Shown here: positions 24,540-36,432 of the stretch, one piece after another
Position numbering within the stretch: the stretch's first letter is position 1
Layout: every line of letters begins with the position of its first letter
NCBI RefSeq assembly: GCF_021028975.2
Contig: NC_059426.1
Coordinates: 93,992,001 to 94,056,000 of the forward strand
Length of the DNA stretch: 64,000 nt
Reading direction: 5' to 3'
Origin: Sphaerodactylus townsendi
Lineage: Eukaryota
The notes under the pieces: generated by a model
Seen by the model: only the letters and a program-made list of their open reading frames with translations
Database searches by the model: none
Told to the model about the DNA's origin: nothing
Made by a program: the position numbers and the translations under genes

Positions 24540-27110
24540 GAAGGAATTTGTTGCACTACTGACTTTTAAAGTTAAACAGAAAATAAAGGTTTTAACAAAA
24601 ATATGGATTTACAGAATAAAGTAGAGTTGATGGATAAAATAAGATTTAAGAATAAAAAAGTAATATCTGAGTATTACATTAACTAATATGATTTGTATGT
24701 TATTTCAAAATAATTACGTCAAAACGTGGAATGAAGTAAAAAAAGATTTGTTAAGGGGAAGCAAACGTCAACTATCCTTGTTATGGATAATTGCTGTGAT
24801 TAAGATGAATGTTAATTCTGCTTCAAACCACACCTGTGTTAGCAAACAATATTACATTTAAACAATGACAAAAGGGAATAAACCTCAGACTAAACATAAA
24901 ATTCTTCAAAATGCAAGGGAAAGAGGAAGATTAGATTTACTTGACCTGAAATTGTATTTTGCCACCTGTTGCTTGGTTTGGTTGATTTTGTTGAGAAATA
25001 GAAGGCTTTTGGAATTAGAGGGACATGATAAGAGATTCAGATGGACCCTCAAAGGTGTAGCCCCCATCTTCTATTAGCTCCCATTGGAAACAATGGGGGA
25101 CGGGGCATCCCCTTTTGAAGTCCATAACTTTGGGCCCCCTGAACCAAACCTCACCAAACCTGGGTAGTGTCATCAGGAGAGTCTCCCAACAAATCCCTGA
25201 AATTTTGGTGCTGCTAGCCTAAAAACAGCACCCCTGCAGGCCAAAAACTGAAAAAAAAACCCACTAAAAACCCCACAAACAGGAAGCAGAGCTTCGGACA
25301 TGTAACGGGGGGAGGGGGGGGTCAAAACTGGGAACATCCTTGAAGAGAACACATGGTTTTGAAGATCCACGACACAGTTTGAGGTAGAATGATATAAGAA
25401 TGATTATTATGTTATTGCCAAAGGGTATTAGTTTCTGTTGAAACTTGAAACAGAAGAATGAATGAAAAAGCATATGACAAAAAGGCCAGTAAAGATGCAA
25501 TATAGAAATGGATCAATGGGAAATTATGTAGTTAGAGGACCTTAAATTTATATTAAGTTCCAGTCTTAAAATGTTTCTATAAAAGGACACATCATTGATA
25601 TTTGTCACAGGAGAAATTAGTAAAAATGTATCAAAAGGTTCTGAATGTGTGTTGGAAATGGGAACACCATGAAAGGTCATTTTACCATTTATGATGGACT
25701 TGTCTCTAATTTTTTTTAGCTTTATTACAACTACATTCAATAATTTGGAAGATTTTAAAGACTAATGTAGAAATGAAACTGGAGGCTTACCTTACAGGTA
25801 TTATGGATAGGTAGTTTGAAAAGAGATATAGAATTTCTGTAGATTTTCCAAGCTGTGTGGTTGTGGTCTGGTAGTTTTTGCTCCTAATGTTTTGCCTACA
25901 TCTATGGCTGGCATCTTCATAGGCATGTCATGGTAAGATGCTTTTCTCTGCATAACACAGCGTAGAGATATTGTGTGATGGGGCATATATTTTATCCATC
26001 TCACAGGTAGGAGGGGGGGTGAGGTATACTTTCATGTGTCCAGGTGGAGTTCAATTGCAGTTGCAGTAGCATTGACAAATGCATTTGCAATCTCATTCAC
26101 AATTACATTAGAATATGTCTCTGCATTTGAATGTCTTGCTTTTTGGTTTTGGTGTTTTTTAGAACTGGTAGCCAGGTTTTGTTGATTTTCAGACACGCTT
26201 CCTTTTTGTTGAAACTGTCCCGGTGTTTGTGGGTTTCAATAGCTTCTCTGTGTAATCTGACATAGTAGTTGTTGGAGTTGACAAGAATTTCTGTGTCTTT
26301 AAATAAGATCCCATATCCGATTATTTTCAGCTACTGATGATACCTCAGGCTATGAGTCGGCAGTGCTTTCATGTTCTTTGTGCAACTGCAACTGACACAC
26401 ATGCCTGGACACATGCAAATGCACATCACTTTCCTCATCTGTGAAGTAGACAAACATATACCACCACACAATCACTTCACACTGTGCTATGGAGAGAAAC
26501 ACATCTTACCGTGACATATCTCTGAAAATGCCAGTGATAGATGCAAGAGAACAGCCACAACAGCCAATTCATTCTGACTCTGAAAGCCTTCAACAATATA
26601 CAGAGCTTTATTTTTATATATTATACCAGCAGTGAAAGTATTGGATACGCAAAAATGGAAAACTTCCTCTGTACCCGCAATATGTCTTTGTTTGTTTGTT
26701 GGATTTAAATCTAAGAGAAGAATGTCCTGGGAAGATTGAAATCAGCTGAGATGGCTAAACTTACTTCCTTGATTACAGAAAATAATCTACTGTAACTTTA
26801 TAGATAGCTGAAAAATCTTGATAGACTTTTTACTTAAAATGGAAAAAATGAACTGATCTGTGGATTTGAAGACGAGGAGAATAAGAAAATAGAGAAAATA
26901 GTAATTCATATTTAATTAGTAAGAATTCAGTAGCAATGAACTGAATTTTACTTCTATATTGGCAACTAGAAAGCAAGTGGTGAATTCTTAATTGGATTTG
27001 TATTTAGCGCAGAAGAAATCAGAAGCCGATCTTTTTATTTTTCAGTAGCGTTCTTGTTTGTATGTAGCTTTAATTGCTGTTAGTCTTTTAAAACATTAAT
27101 AAAATAAGTT
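24540..27110 (+). mobile_element. Deleted L1/Tx1-like LINE ORF2 3' relic with nested insertions
   Basis: KILQNARERGRLDLLDLKLYFATC resembles the L1 GGL.LP..K.YY segment; ends at aataaaa; interrupted at ~25045-25340 and ~25820-26600. Confidence 0.7.
25820..26600. mobile_element. Penelope-like (Poseidon-type) 3' fragment with inverted pLTR
   Basis: Minus-strand GIY-YIG C-terminus YGILFKDTEIL...VRLHREAIETHKH...NKKE...INKTWLPVLK (~26160-26320). pLTR is repeated in opposite orientation at ~26380-26600. Confidence 0.75.
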
Positions 27111-27250
27111 CAAACTGAAAAAAGTAAGCAATAATCTATGAAGTGTGGAAATGGCTACAATAGATTGAAATAAATTGGATCATTGTGGCATCTTAAAGAC
27201 TAACATGTTTTCATTCTAGCATAAACTTTCATTGACTGATCACACAGCTT

Positions 27251-27482
27251 CCGTGTTTCCCTGAAAATAAGACAGTGTCTTACATTAATTTTTGCTCCCA
27301 AAGATGTGCTATGTCTTATTTTCAGGGGATGTCTGATTTTTCTGTGTTTTGTTCATCGGGCATGCTTCCAAACAAAAACTTTGCTACATCTTACTTTCGA
27401 GGGATGCCTTATATTTTGCACTTCAGCAAAACCTCTACTATGTCTTATTTTCAGGGGATGTCTTATATTCAGGGAAACAGGG
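27251..27482. mobile_element. Tc2/pogo-like MITE
   Basis: TIR ccgtgtttccctgaaaataagac / gtcttatattcagggaaacaggg; TA at the right flank. Confidence 0.75.
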
Positions 27483-27709
27483 TACATAGGAAAAAACTGT
27501 AAATACCAGAGTCAAAGGACCATGAAATACAAGAACTACCAGGTGATATGTAATTATGTCACATTTAAATGTGATAAAGAAAAGAATGTAGATCATTCTC
27601 ATGAGCAGTAATTGGTGATAACATCAATTTTCGTATTTTTAGTTAGTTAGCAATTTGAATGGCTGTGAAATCTGTATTTGATTCTGATCATTAGACGGGG
27701 ACTCACACC

Positions 27710-28899
27710 CAGAGGCATAGCTAGGAAAAATGCAGCCAGGACAAAAATCTGAATTTTGTGCCCCCACCCACCCCCCATGTAGGTGACCGCCCTCCCCCAT
27801 CATGACCAAACAATGATTTTTTGCACCAGGTCATATAAAAATAAAATAAAAGGACCCACAAAGGCACTTCCAAATGGCATTAATTTGTTGTCCTGTATGA
27901 CACTCCAGGGCAGAAGAAGCATCAGGCTTGGTATATATGTGCGGAGACTTAGGTAGTAACGTTTAACTTTTACACAAAAGCCCTTAAGACTAGCAATATA
28001 GAAGGGATTTCAACAATTGATACAAAATCAGAGTGAGGGGGAGAGTGATAGGGAGTTCTCAAATTGCCTAGATGATAAACCCTAAGCAGAGCATTAAAAA
28101 TGCAGCCAAAAAAAGATTTTAAAAATGTGGCCAAAATCCATAGGTTCCAAGAGACTGTCTAGTAAAAACCCATGTACTTGGTGTCTTATTTTTTTTAAGG
28201 GAGCAAACACCACTCCTTCAGGAACATAATTCTGTCCTATCTAGTAGCACACATACAATAAGCAATTTGTAGTTCCCTAAAGTCTGTGCCAGGGAGGCTT
28301 GCTGGGGATGGTGGGGACACTGGGAGGGCTTGCTCTGCCTGTGTATCCTGTTATCCATGGACAGGGAGGTGTGCTGTGGATGGCAGGGGGTTGGGAGGGT
28401 TTGCTCTGCCAATGGATCCTGCAATTCATGGGCTGGGAGGTGTGCTGGGGATGGGGGGAGGCTGGATCCTGCAATCCATGGGCAGGGAAGCGTGCTAGGG
28501 ATGGGGAGTAGCTTGTAGAGCTTGCTCTGCCTATGGATCCTGTGATCCATGGACAGGGAGGCTTGCTGGCATGGGGAAAATTGCACCCAGGGCAACACCT
28601 GCTCTGGGCGACCCCTTGCCCCCCCGCCCCACTAACCTTAGCTGGTGGCAGTCTTGGGTGGCAGTCCCTGGTGGGGCCTGGTGGGGCTGGACATGGGCAC
28701 CCAGCTCAGGCCTCTGCCAGGCCGTGCAGGCCTGAGGGGCGCCCGACAGCGGCCTCCGCCAGGACCGGCAGGTCCAAGTTGGGCTGAGGAGGGAAAGAGG
28801 GGTGTGGGGGCAATTTTCCACATGACCAGATCATGTGACTAGATCGGCAGCAGCCCAGGGCATATGTCCCTATATGTCCCCATGGTAGTTACGCCCCTG
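27710..28899. mobile_element. Non-autonomous hAT element with internal minisatellite (~28290-28575)
   Basis: TIR cagaggcatagc/gttacgcccctg; perfect TSD ctcacacc. Confidence 0.87.
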
Positions 28900-30115
28900 C
28901 TCACACCTATCTGTATATCAGAGATGTACATTATGCACTCTTGGGATTTTAAAATCTACTCAGTGAAGTTAGGATTATCTATTACTCAGAAATAGCCTAC
29001 TACCACTTAGAGCTATTGTGAACTGGTTCTATACTTTTCTTCAAAACATTTGAATTGTACACTTATCTATTTCTCAAGTGGGGTCCTCATCTGTAATATG
29101 TGAACTGGGGTCACACTGATATTACCAGATTTTCCTGCAAAGTTTGTGCACCCCCAGGTTTGCAGAAAAATCTGAAATCTTTTTTAAAATGATGGTTTAA
29201 ATTTCAAAAATGCATAATCTGTGCAAACAAAAACAATGCAGTTACCTTTCTTCATCAGAGCTGGTAGTGTTGGCATCCAGGAGCCTCTCTGGGCCTGGTT
29301 GCAGTGATGTCTGGGAGCTGAGTTCAACAACATGGGAGCCACTTCCAGACACTGCAGCTACTGCAGCTGGGCCCAGAAATGGCTGCTGAGGCCTGAGCTG
29401 CACCTGGCTCAATGAAAGGGGGAGGATGGGATTCCACCCCTCCATGAGTCTTGCGGGGCCCCATTAGCAACAGGAGATCAAAGCTTGGGGGAGAAATGGG
29501 AGGAATAATGATGAGGGGAAAAAGAGCGGATATTATCAGAGAATGGTAGGGGTAGAACTAGAGAAGGGGTAAGAGGGAGAAAGAGAGGTGAGAAAGATGG
29601 ACAGAAGTGGAGGGGTGAGAAAAAGAAAGAACACTGTTAGAGAGGGAAGGAAGCAAAGGTGGAGAAGATTCAATCTCCACACATTTCTTTCAGATCCCCA
29701 CTTGTAATTATATAATCCTTAGTAATTCCTGCATTTCATGATTCTGCTTTTTACAACTTCTTTCCACCTCATAAACAACACATATCTGCCAATGATCAAT
29801 TCTCCTTAGGTCTGACTTGCTCCAGTACACAAAAACTTGTGCTAGAATAAAAATGTATTTCCATGACTATCCTTCTAGAAATATTCCACAAGTCAGTTGC
29901 TATGTATTATTAGTTATTGTTAATGTGTCAGTCCTGCAAGCAAAGGGCTTTGTTGTCATCATGAGTCTATGCACAATACTACTGCAGTATTCTTTACTGA
30001 AGTATTCTTTACTTCTGAGCAAAGAACTACTCTAGTGTTCAATAGGTCTTCCTCAGAGTATGTGTTTAAGAAGAGAACCCCAAATTTCCAATCTTCAGCA
30101 TCGGCAACCACTTAC

Positions 30116-30150
30116 ACTGTAATGCCAGAACAATGTTCTATTCTGTGAAA
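30116..30150 (-). other. Candidate 35-nt microexon (phase 1-0, VSQNRTLFWHYS)
   Basis: Acceptor ctgctaaattttgcattaatacag| with UGC motifs; donor gtaagt. Confidence 0.3.
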
Positions 30151-30901
30151 CTGTATTAATGCAAAATTTAGCAGACTCCGTTAAACTTTTTAGATGTCAC
30201 TGCAAGTTTTAAGATGAGAACACTGACAGCTAATCAAGACAGAAGGTTATAAAAATATGACTATGATTGTCATGCATTAATTTGTATTGTACAACATTTA
30301 CAGCTCAAGTAGTGGAAGCAAACAAGAAGAAAAAAAACACATAAAATACTTGGAATTAAGATACACTTCTTATCAAGTATAGCCAGTACACTATTAAATC
30401 ACAGAGCCTCCTAACACCAGGGTGCTCTTTAACTTAGGGCCATAGAAAACATCAGTGGGAGAACGCCTATAGAAAAAAAAAGCCAGCTAAAGCTTGGAGG
30501 AATATTACACATTTTCATATTGCCTTATTATCAGACCTGGCCCAACTGAAGCAGAAATAAAGGATATGAAATACAGGTACAAATCTAGGTTCCCATGTGG
30601 AAATCTCGGTTCCCATGTGGAATCCATTATCATAATGAAAACTAACAAATATTTACGAAGTTTCCAGATTCTAAATAAATATTGAGTACAATGGTTACAG
30701 GGGTTGCTTTTTACATCATGGAAATTTGTAATAACAAACAGGGAAATATGGTCATGAAGCAGAATAAATGCAAAGGCGATTATTAGGCATAGAGTATTTT
30801 AAAAGGGATGGATTGCAACATTGCATTGTCTGCAGTAGCAATTGGTCCATGGGAGAGATTACAGCCATGTGGTAGATTTTTCACTAGGAAACATTTCTCA
30901 C

Positions 30902-31029
30902 CATTTCTCTTTCTTCCCTCCTCTTTTGTCATTTTCTGCTGTGCCATTACTTTCTGCGGAGAGCCTCTGCCTGAATTGGGCTTTCCTGATTTGTTGCTGA
31001 TGACAGAACCATTCTCACTGGGCGACCTG
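30902..31029 (-). CDS. KIAA1549L: KIAA1549L exon (128 nt, phase 2-1): SRSPSENGSVISNKSGKPNSGRGSPQKVMAQQKMTKEEGRKRN
   Basis: Acceptor ttgcag| (tandem CAGCAG), donor G|gtgaga. Matches KIAA1549L SRSPSENGSVISN. Confidence 0.95.
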
Positions 31030-32246
31030 CTGCAAGTAACCATAGCAACAAGGAAGACTGTAAGTTTCTCCTGCATATTCCTCATTTCAAGGTTATTGCA
31101 TTTGCTTTGTTTGCATCACTGACTGTTCAAATTTGATTTTATCCAAGAAAGAAAGAAAATATGTTGCAATAGAGAAATACAATATTTCTATGGCATCTTA
31201 AAACTGAAAAGGATTTCTGTGCATTCCTAACTGAGCACCTCTTCTGTAAAAATCAATTATTTAAAAAAATGTTGCAAGGGATAAAATATTATTTTCCCAT
31301 AAAAAGGCCACCAAACCATTCTGATTTCACACTTTTTTATCCCAATATTCCTTGAGAAACATGACTGCAGATTCTTTGCAAACATTTCCTTGTTCTCTTG
31401 CCATAATTTATATTCTTAGCAAGGTTTTACAATATTAATATGCTATATATGCACACACAAACATACAAATATACATTTTAACAATAAAGTGAAAACAATA
31501 CAATACAGCAGTTTCAACCTTCAAACAATTCTATTGCAATTCTCATCATGGAGACCAATAACAATATCAATCCATGCAAAACCAGTAATGTGAATTTCTA
31601 TTTGTTTCATCTTTTCAAAGACCCCTTGGGCCATTCTGTAAACCTTTGCTCTCACAGACACCTGCAAAAATATGAGCAAATGGAAAGAGGCAGTTACTAC
31701 AGAGTATTTTCTGTATAGATAATACTATTGGGAACAGTTCTGATTATTAGCTGCTGGATGGGGTGGGGGGAAGCAATGGCTGGATGGGGGGGTAAGCCTT
31801 GGGCTTGTTTATTCATACTTGGTCTGGTTACCATGGGCAAATGAATAATGAGCAAATGAATAATGAGAGCCCATATACATTTATGAACTAAAGTCTGCTG
31901 CTGACTTTGCAAAATTACACATTGACACTGTGAATCATGCTCCAAATCTTTTTGGAGATAAGCTTGGGTTTGGGCATGTAACAGCTCCATGACAGAGAGA
32001 TTGCTGAATTACAACTAAGAATGAAGTTCAAGACAGTGAATTCTCCTGAACAGAGATCTAAGATTCCTGTCTCATTACCAATGCTGATTTTGCCATGCCT
32101 ACTATCCCTTTGCATATCACATCTAATCCAATTAAACTTGCCATTGTTATGCTATTGAAACTATTGCTATTGTCTGAATTAACTCTTTTCCACTTAAGAA
32201 CAGAGGGACTCATATTCTGGCGGTATCTGAAGAAATAAGCTGTAAC

Positions 32247-32488
32247 CAGTGGCGTACGGCCCGAAGGAATGGGGTATCCCATGTCCCCGGGCGCATGCCT
32301 TTTGGTCTTGTGGGTGGTCGCTGGATGGCCCCCCACGTGACCAAACAGGCAGCCCCTCTTCCCTGCCTACAAGCCAGGCACGAGTTTCACTCACACTCGA
32401 CTTCTAGGCAGCAAAGAGGGGCTGGAGTCCAACTCGCAAATAAGTGGGGATTTGTCTTCAGGCGCCATTTGGCCCTGGTACGCCTCTG
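32247..32488. mobile_element. hAT MITE
   Basis: TIR cagtggcgtac/gtacgcctctg; perfect TSD gctgtaac. Confidence 0.9.
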
Positions 32489-32689
32489 GCTGTAACTCAC
32501 AAAAGCTGACCATGTCAGAAATTTTAATAGACTTTAAGGTGCTACTAGGCTCTTGCCCTTTTCTATTGCTATGGATAGACTAACATGACTCCCTTCATGA
32601 TGTAGCTCCCTGAAAGTAAGGTGCTAGACAAGACAGACTGTTTTGATGTAAAACAGAATACATGCCAAAAAAAGCTTTGAAAACAGACC

Positions 32690-33195
32690 CTATGAACTCA
32701 CAGAAAAAGTTCGAAGGGACCTAAAGACCATCCAGTCCAACCTCCAGCACCTTGCAGGAAGTCCTAAAGTATGCCTAGCAAATAAATGTCCAATCTCCAC
32801 TTAAACAACTCCAAGGAAGGAAAACCCACAACATCCCTGGGGAACCGATTCCACCACTAAACTGTTCTTACTGTTAAAACATTTTTCTAATGATCCCACC
32901 AATATCTCCCAACTTGTAATTTAAACCCATTATTACATGTCCTATCCTTACCAACTGAAAAAGTACCCCACCTTCCTCTAAATCACAGCCTCTCAAATAC
33001 TTAAAAAGAATAATCATATTCCCCTCAACCTCCTCCAGGCTGAACACTCCCAGTTCCTGCAGTCTTTCTTCATAAGAATTACTCCCCAAACCCCTAATCA
33101 TTCTCATTGCTCTCCTCTACATACACTCTAAAGTTGCTTTGTCCTTCCTATAAAAGAACTCCAGAACTGGACAGTTCTCCAAATGAGATCTGATT
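32690..33195 (-). mobile_element. CR1 LINE 3' fragment
   Basis: MIRGLGSNSYEERLQELGVFSLE...FKYLRG matches the CR1 ORF2 C-terminus. Confidence 0.85.
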
Positions 33196-33812
33196 AGCGC
33201 AATCTTTGGAGCATTGCCCTTTTAAGAAACTCATAGAGACAGGCTGCTGGAGCGGCAGCTTCCCTGAAGCTGAGCCTCAGGGCCTGCGGGGAAAGGAAAA
33301 GATGAGTTAGTGAGGGGGATGATGGGTGGCAGCAACGGGCGGGCAGGCAGGAGCCTGCTGGGCACCCCACAGGCATGCGCCCGGCATCATGGGTGGCCCC
33401 GGCTCTTCCCTGCCCCTGCCTGCTCTGGCGTTTCCTTGCTTGCAAGCAAGGAAACAGAGCAATCGTCGGCTTTTTGGGTTTCCTTGCTTGCAAGCAAGGA
33501 AAAGCCAGAGCAGCCAAGGGCTGGGGCTGCTGTGGGTATCCGGGAGGCAGCGACGGGGGCAGCGATCCGGTGGGGAGCGGGTGCCCCTGCTCTTCCCTGC
33601 CCCTGCCTGATTTGGAGTTTCTTTGCTTGCTTCCTTCCTTTCTAGAAATATGGCTAGTTGTGTGAATTGGTCCAGGGTCCTCACAAACATATGAATCTTG
33701 TTGAATTATCTTTTCTTCAGAAATGTTAAATATACAATTACTCAGTAACTTGGGGGAGAGAAATCTCTTGATGTACGCACCAAAAGAATAATGAGCTGCT
33801 GTCAATATTTAC

Positions 33813-34000
33813 CTCTTTCTTGTATCATTGGACTTAGCTGTTTTAGCTGTGGTCCCATCCTGGACAATTTCCCTCTCTTGGGATGCAGGATCTCTCACAG
33901 GAAGTGGCAATACTACAGTCTCCTGGGTTACAGGCAAAACCTCATCTTCAGCTCCCTGTTGGCCTAAATGTTGCTTGGCATAGTCAAAACCTTGGACTGG
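33813..34000 (-). CDS. KIAA1549L: KIAA1549L exon (188 nt, phase 0-2): PVQGFDYAKQHLGQQGAEDEVLPVTQETVVLPLPVRDPASQEREIVQDGTTAKTAKSNDTRK
   Basis: Acceptor ttttgtag|, donor AG|gtaaat. Carries the GFDYAKQHLGQ motif of the KIAA1549/KIAA1549L family. Confidence 0.96.
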
Positions 34001-36432
34001 CTACAAAAATAGAAAGCAAAAGAATATTGAATCCATTATCCACTTTTTGATGCAAAACACGACCATTCTTTAATTTTACTGTGACGCTATAGCTACAGCT
34101 GTAAATTTTTCATATACATTACTGATTAAAAACTGCAGTTATATATTTACTCTTGCTCTTGCGAAATTAATGAACTAATTTGTAACTATTTGTATTGCAA
34201 TTTTTGAGATATGACATTTTCAGCAGCTCTTGACTCTGAAACAGTTGACTTTTCCTGAAATGAGGAGATAAAGGACAGAAAATCTAGGTAGAGAGAATAA
34301 CAGTCAGCAACAGGCATCTGAGAACTGAAGGGATACCAGTAAAGATAAAGAACCTGCTTTATAATTGAAGCTCCATGTTTACATTTGTTTACCTTTGACT
34401 GTCAAGACAGCCTTGGCAAAAAATATCTAGAATCAGTGAATTCTTATTACTTTACTGGCAAGCACACAGGGCCTAATAAAAGACATGTTAAAGAAAACAA
34501 CAGTGTTAATTTCTTTTAAATCACCTGGTAGTTTAATTGAGACATTTTGTAATTGATCAAATAATTTAAAAGCATGTATTTCTTAAACCACAACTCTCCC
34601 ATTACAATGGAGGACATTTTGAACTTGTAGAAATCAGTGTCTTCAAAGATAGTTGCTTTGCTCATCGTGAAATGTTAAGTGCATTATTAAGTGTATTATT
34701 CTAAAATATAAAGGAACAAAAGTTACAATCAATGATCTACCAGAAAGATAAACCCCATCACTCATGGGTTTTTGTATTAGCTACAGCCTGGAACATATCC
34801 ATTTTTAAATTTTACAGATTGGATGAAACTGCCAGCTATCCACAGTGCCATCTGCTTTGTGTAAACATCAGTTCTTTTTCTGTAACTTTGTTACATCTTA
34901 CAAACTTAAGCCAATAAATGAAGTCTGAAGTATTGATCAGTAACGTTTATTGAACAGGCATCAAAGCACCACACTTGGCAAAGCCAGTTCTGATGAAGTT
35001 GGCATTCACAATTCACTTTATCCCCCGTAGAGACCCCCCTCCTGTTTTCCCAAGAGTTTGTGAAAAACAGTCTTTGGAGACAAGGCACCCCAAGGTCAGC
35101 GGCATATAGCAAGAGAAAGCCACCTGGCTTCCTGCCCTACGAGATAACGAATATAATACAGTTCCCATGGGACAGAGGCACCAGGGGAAGCCTAGTTGTC
35201 TACACAGCATGTGAAGCCATAAAGTAAAGATTAAGGAAAGAATGCACAGGTGGCAGTGGATACATATAGCAGGCTGGTTACATCTATCTTTCTAGCAGCA
35301 GTAATTTGTTATTTTAAGCAGTTGCATGGTTCCAGGAATGTATCTCATTCACCTAGATGGCATCCTCCTGACAAACTTGTGGCAATAAATTATATTCAAC
35401 AGATGCATATAACACTCTGCAGGTATGTCAGTCCAAAAATTATATGTTGTGTATAAAAAATATGCGTTATGACTGAAGGGGTTTCAGCTACATTTTTGCA
35501 CTGTCAAAAATACTGCTTAATACAAATGCAAAAAGAATTCTGCAAATTGTCAGGAAAGTCTCAGTGATACCAACTTGGAGACATTTATTTAAAAATATGA
35601 AATGCTTTGATATAATAATAATAATATTATTAAATATTCTAAGCACTAGCCCTAAAACATAATATCATAAAGATACAATAACCAGTATAATTTTCTGATT
35701 CTAAGAACTGATGGTGCACAAACCACTGCCTGTCACATTTGGAATGAATTAACCTAAATATTCAGTGGATATTCAAAATAAAGTCCTTTTAATTCAGGAT
35801 TTATTCCAAATGATTTTAACAGGAATACAACGTATCACCACCTCTAAGTTACTCCCCCCCAGCACACACAATATGGTTTTTACACAGGTGAGAAAGGGAG
35901 ATCACAGGATACGAGGCAACTAGAGTGCCTCAGGCTGCAAGCCTAGTGATGCAATAAGCATACCCAGTAACATCCAGGGAAACCTGTTGACATAGGAACA
36001 ACATTTTTTTATGATTCCTAGTGTCCAACCATATCCTAACTACAGTATCTGCAGTATTACTAGGGATAATTTAATGAACTAGGAAAAGAGTCACTGAGTG
36101 TCAGGTAACATTACATAGTCTTTTCTAAGGTCATTTTCCTCCAGTTGATGAATCACTCACTTTCTCAGATAAATTCAGTATTACTAGGGATAATGTAAAT
36201 TCCACAAACTGAAGCCAGACAATAACCTCACCAAAATATTTCTGCTCAAAACTTTATTTGTGAATGGTTCAGTACTTCACTTCATCACAGATTATTTTAC
36301 ATAATTACATACCACCATTTTCATCTTGCATGTGCTGGCCCTTTGCCACAACCGTTCACAATTTGTCTTCTTTAAAACTTCTGCTCACTAAGTACTTAAT
36401 GTCACTTTGAAATCTAAGTTTATGTGTATATG

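Noticed and set aside
29246-29445. ORF ending SSDEE with donor AG|gtaact
   Set aside because: Appears embedded in a repeat and lacks a convincing acceptor.
30783-30901. Open frame continuing past the exon donor (GEKCFLVKNL...)
   Set aside because: About 39 codons of read-through is expected by chance, and a good donor is present.
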